Assembly (NCBI GenBank): GCA_963723785.1
Contig: CAVRSB010000004.1
Location: forward strand, 31,662 to 95,661
Direction of reading: 5' to 3'
DNA length: 64,000 nt
Source of the DNA: an uncultured Actinomycetes bacterium
GTDB taxonomy: Bacteria; Actinomycetota; Thermoleophilia; Gaiellales; JAICJC01
A model generated the notes under the pieces. That model ran no database searches and had not been told where the DNA came from. It worked only from the letters and a program-made list of their open reading frames with translations. A program made the translations under genes and the position numbers. Positions 61,175 to 64,000 of the stretch are shown in pieces (position 1 is the first letter of the stretch; the number at the start of each line of letters is the position of its first letter).

Positions 61175-62055
61175 TCAGCGGCTGGTGGAACTGGACGACG
61201 GCGGCGTGCTGAGCGTCGTCGAGCTGGGAAGCGGGCATCCGCTGGTGCTGCTGCACGGCGGTCCCGGCCTCGATCACCAGGAGTTCCGGCCGTGGCTGGA
61301 TCCGCTGGCCGAGCAGGGCCTGCGGCTGATCATGGTGGATCAGCGCGGCCAGGGTGCGTCCCCTCGGGTCGACCCGGCCGAGTTGACGATCTCGAAGCTG
61401 GCCCAGGACATCGACCGGCTGGCGCGGGCGCTGCAGCTCGACGATTACGCGGTGCTGGGCCACTCGTTCGGTGCCGTGGTCGCGCTCTAGCCATGCGCTC
61501 GAGCGGGGCACCGCCTCGCAGTATGTGATCTCGTCAGGGGCGGCGTCCAGCGAGGCGCTGGTGGCCGACATCGAGCGCGAGCTGGGCCGGTTCGAGCCGG
61601 CCTCCATGCGCGATCAGATCAAGCGCAGCTTCGAGGCGGAGGCAACGCTCACCACCGTCGAGCAGGCCCGGGCCGTTTCAGAGGCGCAGATGCCGTTCCA
61701 CTTCTGGGAGCTGGGCGATGCCTACAGCGCGTTCGTGCAGGCCGACAAGACGCTGTACGCCCCCGAGGTGCTGGCCCACTTCGCCGCCAACGGCTACGGC
61801 GCGTTCGAGTGGGTCGATCACCTGCGCTGGATCCGAAAGCCGATGCTGGTGATCGCCGGCCGGTACGACCGCACCTGCACGCTGGCGCGGTCACAGGAGA
61901 TCCACGCCGAGGTCGAGGGCTCCGAGCTGGTGGTGATCGAGAAGGCCGCCCACATGACCTATGTGGAGCAGCCCAAGGCATATCTGAGCGCGGTGCGCTC
62001 CTGGTTCATCAGCCAGGGCGTGTTGCCGGATCCAACGCTTCCGACTGCGGCCTGA
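61167..62055 (+). pseudogene. alpha/beta hydrolase (proline iminopeptidase-like), frame interrupted once
   Basis: ORF 61167..61490 (LLHGGPG, GHSFG) plus ORF 61471..62055. Junction near 61485. The start overlaps the acyl-CoA dehydrogenase stop. Confidence 0.75.
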
Positions 62056-62863
62056 GGCTCGGGTGGAGATGATCGAGCGCCGGTAGCGACGCCCGGATCT
62101 GGGCGAGCCGCTCGAAATCCAGGTCGGCAGTGATCACGCCGTCGCCGTCGGGCGACTGTGCCAGCACCGTGCCCCACGGGTCGATGATCATGCTGTGGCC
62201 GTAGGACGGCTTGTTGCGACCGCCCGGGAAGCCGTGCTGGCCGGTGGCGAGCACGTAGGCCTGGTTTTCGATCGCGCGCGCCCGCAGCAGCACCTCCCAG
62301 TGGGCCATGCCGGTGTGCAGCGTGAAGTTGGACGGCACCGTCAGCACGGTGGCGCCGCCGCCCAGGGTGAGCAGCCGGTAGAGCTCGGGGAAACGCAGGT
62401 CGTAGCAGACGGTCAGCCCGTAGCGGACGCCCTCGATATCGACCACCACCGGGTCTGATCCGGGCTCGGTGCCGTCCGACTCGCGGTAGCTGTGGCCGCC
62501 CACATCGACGTCGAACAGATGGATCTTGGTGTAGCTGCCGATCCGGTTGCCGTCGCGGTCGTACACGATCTCGACATTGCCGACGCGCTCGCCGGCTTCG
62601 ATCGCGATCGAGCCGCCGATCAGGTTGACGCGATGCTCGCGGGCCCACCCCGCCATCGCCTCGACCGTCTCGCCGGAGTCGATCCGCTCGGCTTCGCGGC
62701 GCATGCCCTCGCCGTCCACCCAGGCGTTCCACTTCTCCGGCAAGAGGATCACGTCGGCGCCGCGGCCGGCGGCCTCGGCCACCAGCGGCGCCATGTCGCG
62801 CACGCTGTCGCTCTTCTCGGGGCGGGCGGCAAACTGGATGCAGGCGGCGCGGACGATGGTCAT
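62009..62863 (-). CDS. carbon-nitrogen hydrolase (nitrilase superfamily) protein
   Basis: ORF 62009..62863. Glu-Lys-Cys triad context (LLPEKW, YTKIHLFD, VCYDLRFPE). Confidence 0.85.
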   Translation of the reverse strand: MTIVRAACIQFAARPEKSDSVRDMAPLVAEAAGRGADVILLPEKWNAWVDGEGMRREAERIDSGETVEAMAGWAREHRVNLIGGSIAIEAGERVGNVEIVYDRDGNRIGSYTKIHLFDVDVGGHSYRESDGTEPGSDPVVVDIEGVRYGLTVCYDLRFPELYRLLTLGGGATVLTVPSNFTLHTGMAHWEVLLRARAIENQAYVLATGQHGFPGGRNKPSYGHSMIIDPWGTVLAQSPDGDGVITADLDFERLAQIRASLPALDHLHPSLRPQSEALDPATRPG

Positions 62864-62872
62864 GGTGGAAGC

Positions 62873-63608
62873 CTAGTCCGGTTCGCTCTTCTTGGTCGAT
62901 GACTGCCGCGAAGGCGATGGCACAGGCCACGAACAGGATCGCGGCCTGCTCGAGTGCCATCGTGATCGCCCCCACCTCCTGGTCACGCAGGGCCGAGAAG
63001 CCCCACAGCTTGGGGGTGTCCAGGTAGAAGTGGTAGATCGGCGACTGGGCCAGTGCGAGCACCAGTGACAGCGGTGAGGCGGCGAAGAAGGCGATCAGCA
63101 GGTATCCCAGCCGGGCCGGCGGCCGCATCCGCCCGGGCGACAGCACCGCCCACCAGAACACCAGCCCGGCGAGCACGAAGATCACGTGCTCGACACCCAG
63201 CGCCCAGTGGTGTCGCAGGGCGTAGTCGTAGAACGCGGGGACGTGCAGGCCGTACCAGGCGGCCAGCCAGAAGACCAGCGCGAACACGGGGTTGGTGGCG
63301 GCCCGCACCACGGTGTGACGCTCGGCCATCGCGAACATCGCAGGAGTCAGCCCCAGCACCAGAAGCGGCGGCGCCCAGTCGGCGATGACCACGTTTTGGA
63401 GCAGGTGGAAGCTGACCATCGACGTCAGCGCGAGATGCTCGATCGGGGAGAGCAGGGCAACTGCGATCAGCCCCAGTCCGGCGGCGAAGGCGGCAATCCG
63501 ATACCACGGGGTGGGCTCGCCGCGGCGGCCCAGCGCCCGCACCACCAGCCCGTAGTCGACCGCCACGATCGCGATCGCGAGCATCCACTCCCAGTCGAAC
63601 ACGAACAC
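62873..63608 (-). pseudogene. cytochrome c oxidase assembly factor CtaG-like membrane protein; 3' end restored by one indel correction
   Basis: N-terminal about 245 aa of ORF 61959..63608 are polytopic (7 TM). The rest of that ORF overlaps the nitrilase gene in another frame and is Arg-rich nonsense. One base removed near 62885 gives stop TAG 62873-62875. Confidence 0.6.
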
Positions 63609-63614
63609 CCACGG

Positions 63615-63646
63615 GTGAATAAACGGTGCCTGGCACCGTTATTCAC
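63615..63646. repeat. palindromic repeat copy I (32 bp, type 2 with one extra A in the left arm)
   Basis: GTGAATAAACGGTGCC-T-GGCACCGTTATTCAC, between the ctaG-like start and the clpS stop. Confidence 0.9.
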
Positions 63647-63948
63647 CCCGAGCTCGAGAGGGGGGCGAGCGTGAGGCCGAAGCCTTGCAGCTGCTCGTGG
63701 TAGTGCTCGGCCTGCTCCTTCTGCCCCGACCACACCACCGCGCGACCGGCCGTGTGGATGGTGTTGGCCAGCTCCATGCCGCGGTCGAACGTCACGCCCG
63801 GGATCGTCCGGGCAAGTGCGAAGGCGACGCCGTCGAAGGTGTTGTGGTTGTCGTTCAGCACCACCACCAGCCACGGGCGGTCGCTGCCGCTGCCGGGATC
63901 GCCGGAGCGGGGGCGCTGCTTTCGCTCGGGCGGGGCAACGGTGCTCAC
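63643..63948 (-). CDS. clpS: ATP-dependent Clp protease adaptor ClpS
   Basis: ORF 63643..63948. VVVLNDNHNTFDGVAFAL core. The stop TGA lies inside palindrome copy I. Confidence 0.85.
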   Translation of the reverse strand: MSTVAPPERKQRPRSGDPGSGSDRPWLVVVLNDNHNTFDGVAFALARTIPGVTFDRGMELANTIHTAGRAVVWSGQKEQAEHYHEQLQGFGLTLAPLSSSG

Positions 63949-64000
63949 GGCTCGATTCTACGGCGGGATCGCAGCGTCGGGGTTTCCCTGATGCCAGGGG

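Noticed and set aside
61959-63608. 549-aa ORF as one protein.
   Set aside because: Only the first 245 or so residues are membrane-protein-like. The rest overlaps the nitrilase-family gene on the same strand in another frame and is Arg-rich nonsense. A single indel near 62885 restores a stop at 62873.

Overview
High-GC (roughly 70%) chromosomal segment of Actinomycetota type with about 68 protein genes. I recognised no rRNA, tRNA, CRISPR array, transposase or integrase. It has three parts. (i) 1-14.2 kb is a GntR-associated catabolic locus with a Dpp/Opp-type ABC transporter and divergent SDR, enolase-superfamily and MBL genes. (ii) 14.2-23.4 kb is an island in which an OmpR-type two-component system is flanked by a PAP2 phosphatase operon and three secreted phosphoesterase paralogs. 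Two of these are CBM-FN3-FN3-phosphoesterase proteins. Their upstream regions share 10-11-bp-phased TCTCA repeats, which suggests a phosphate-scavenging regulon. (iii) 25.7-64 kb is the conserved actinobacterial housekeeping block (ispD, ispF, carD, disA, radA, clpC, lysS, greA, dus, coaX, folK, folB, folP, ftsH, hpt, tilS ... clpS). It is colinear with M. tuberculosis Rv3582c-Rv3625c and interspersed with accessory genes. The most unusual signal is nine copies of a 31-33 bp AT-rich perfect palindrome (GTGAATAA..GGTGCC-T-GGCACC..TTATTCAC) between 23.4 and 63.6 kb. It occurs in two subtypes whose arms change together, all copies are co-oriented by their central base, several donate stop codons to adjacent genes, and two are linked to a second hairpin module. 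One of those modules carries a nested insertion bounded by inverted repeats. Separately, at least about 30 reading-frame interruptions hit about 21 conserved genes, including essential ones. Almost every junction I rebuilt by hand is explained by one extra base, usually in a G/C run. I therefore treat these as probable sequence errors, not true pseudogenes, but mark them as interrupted. All family calls rest on motif recognition by eye, and no database search was run.
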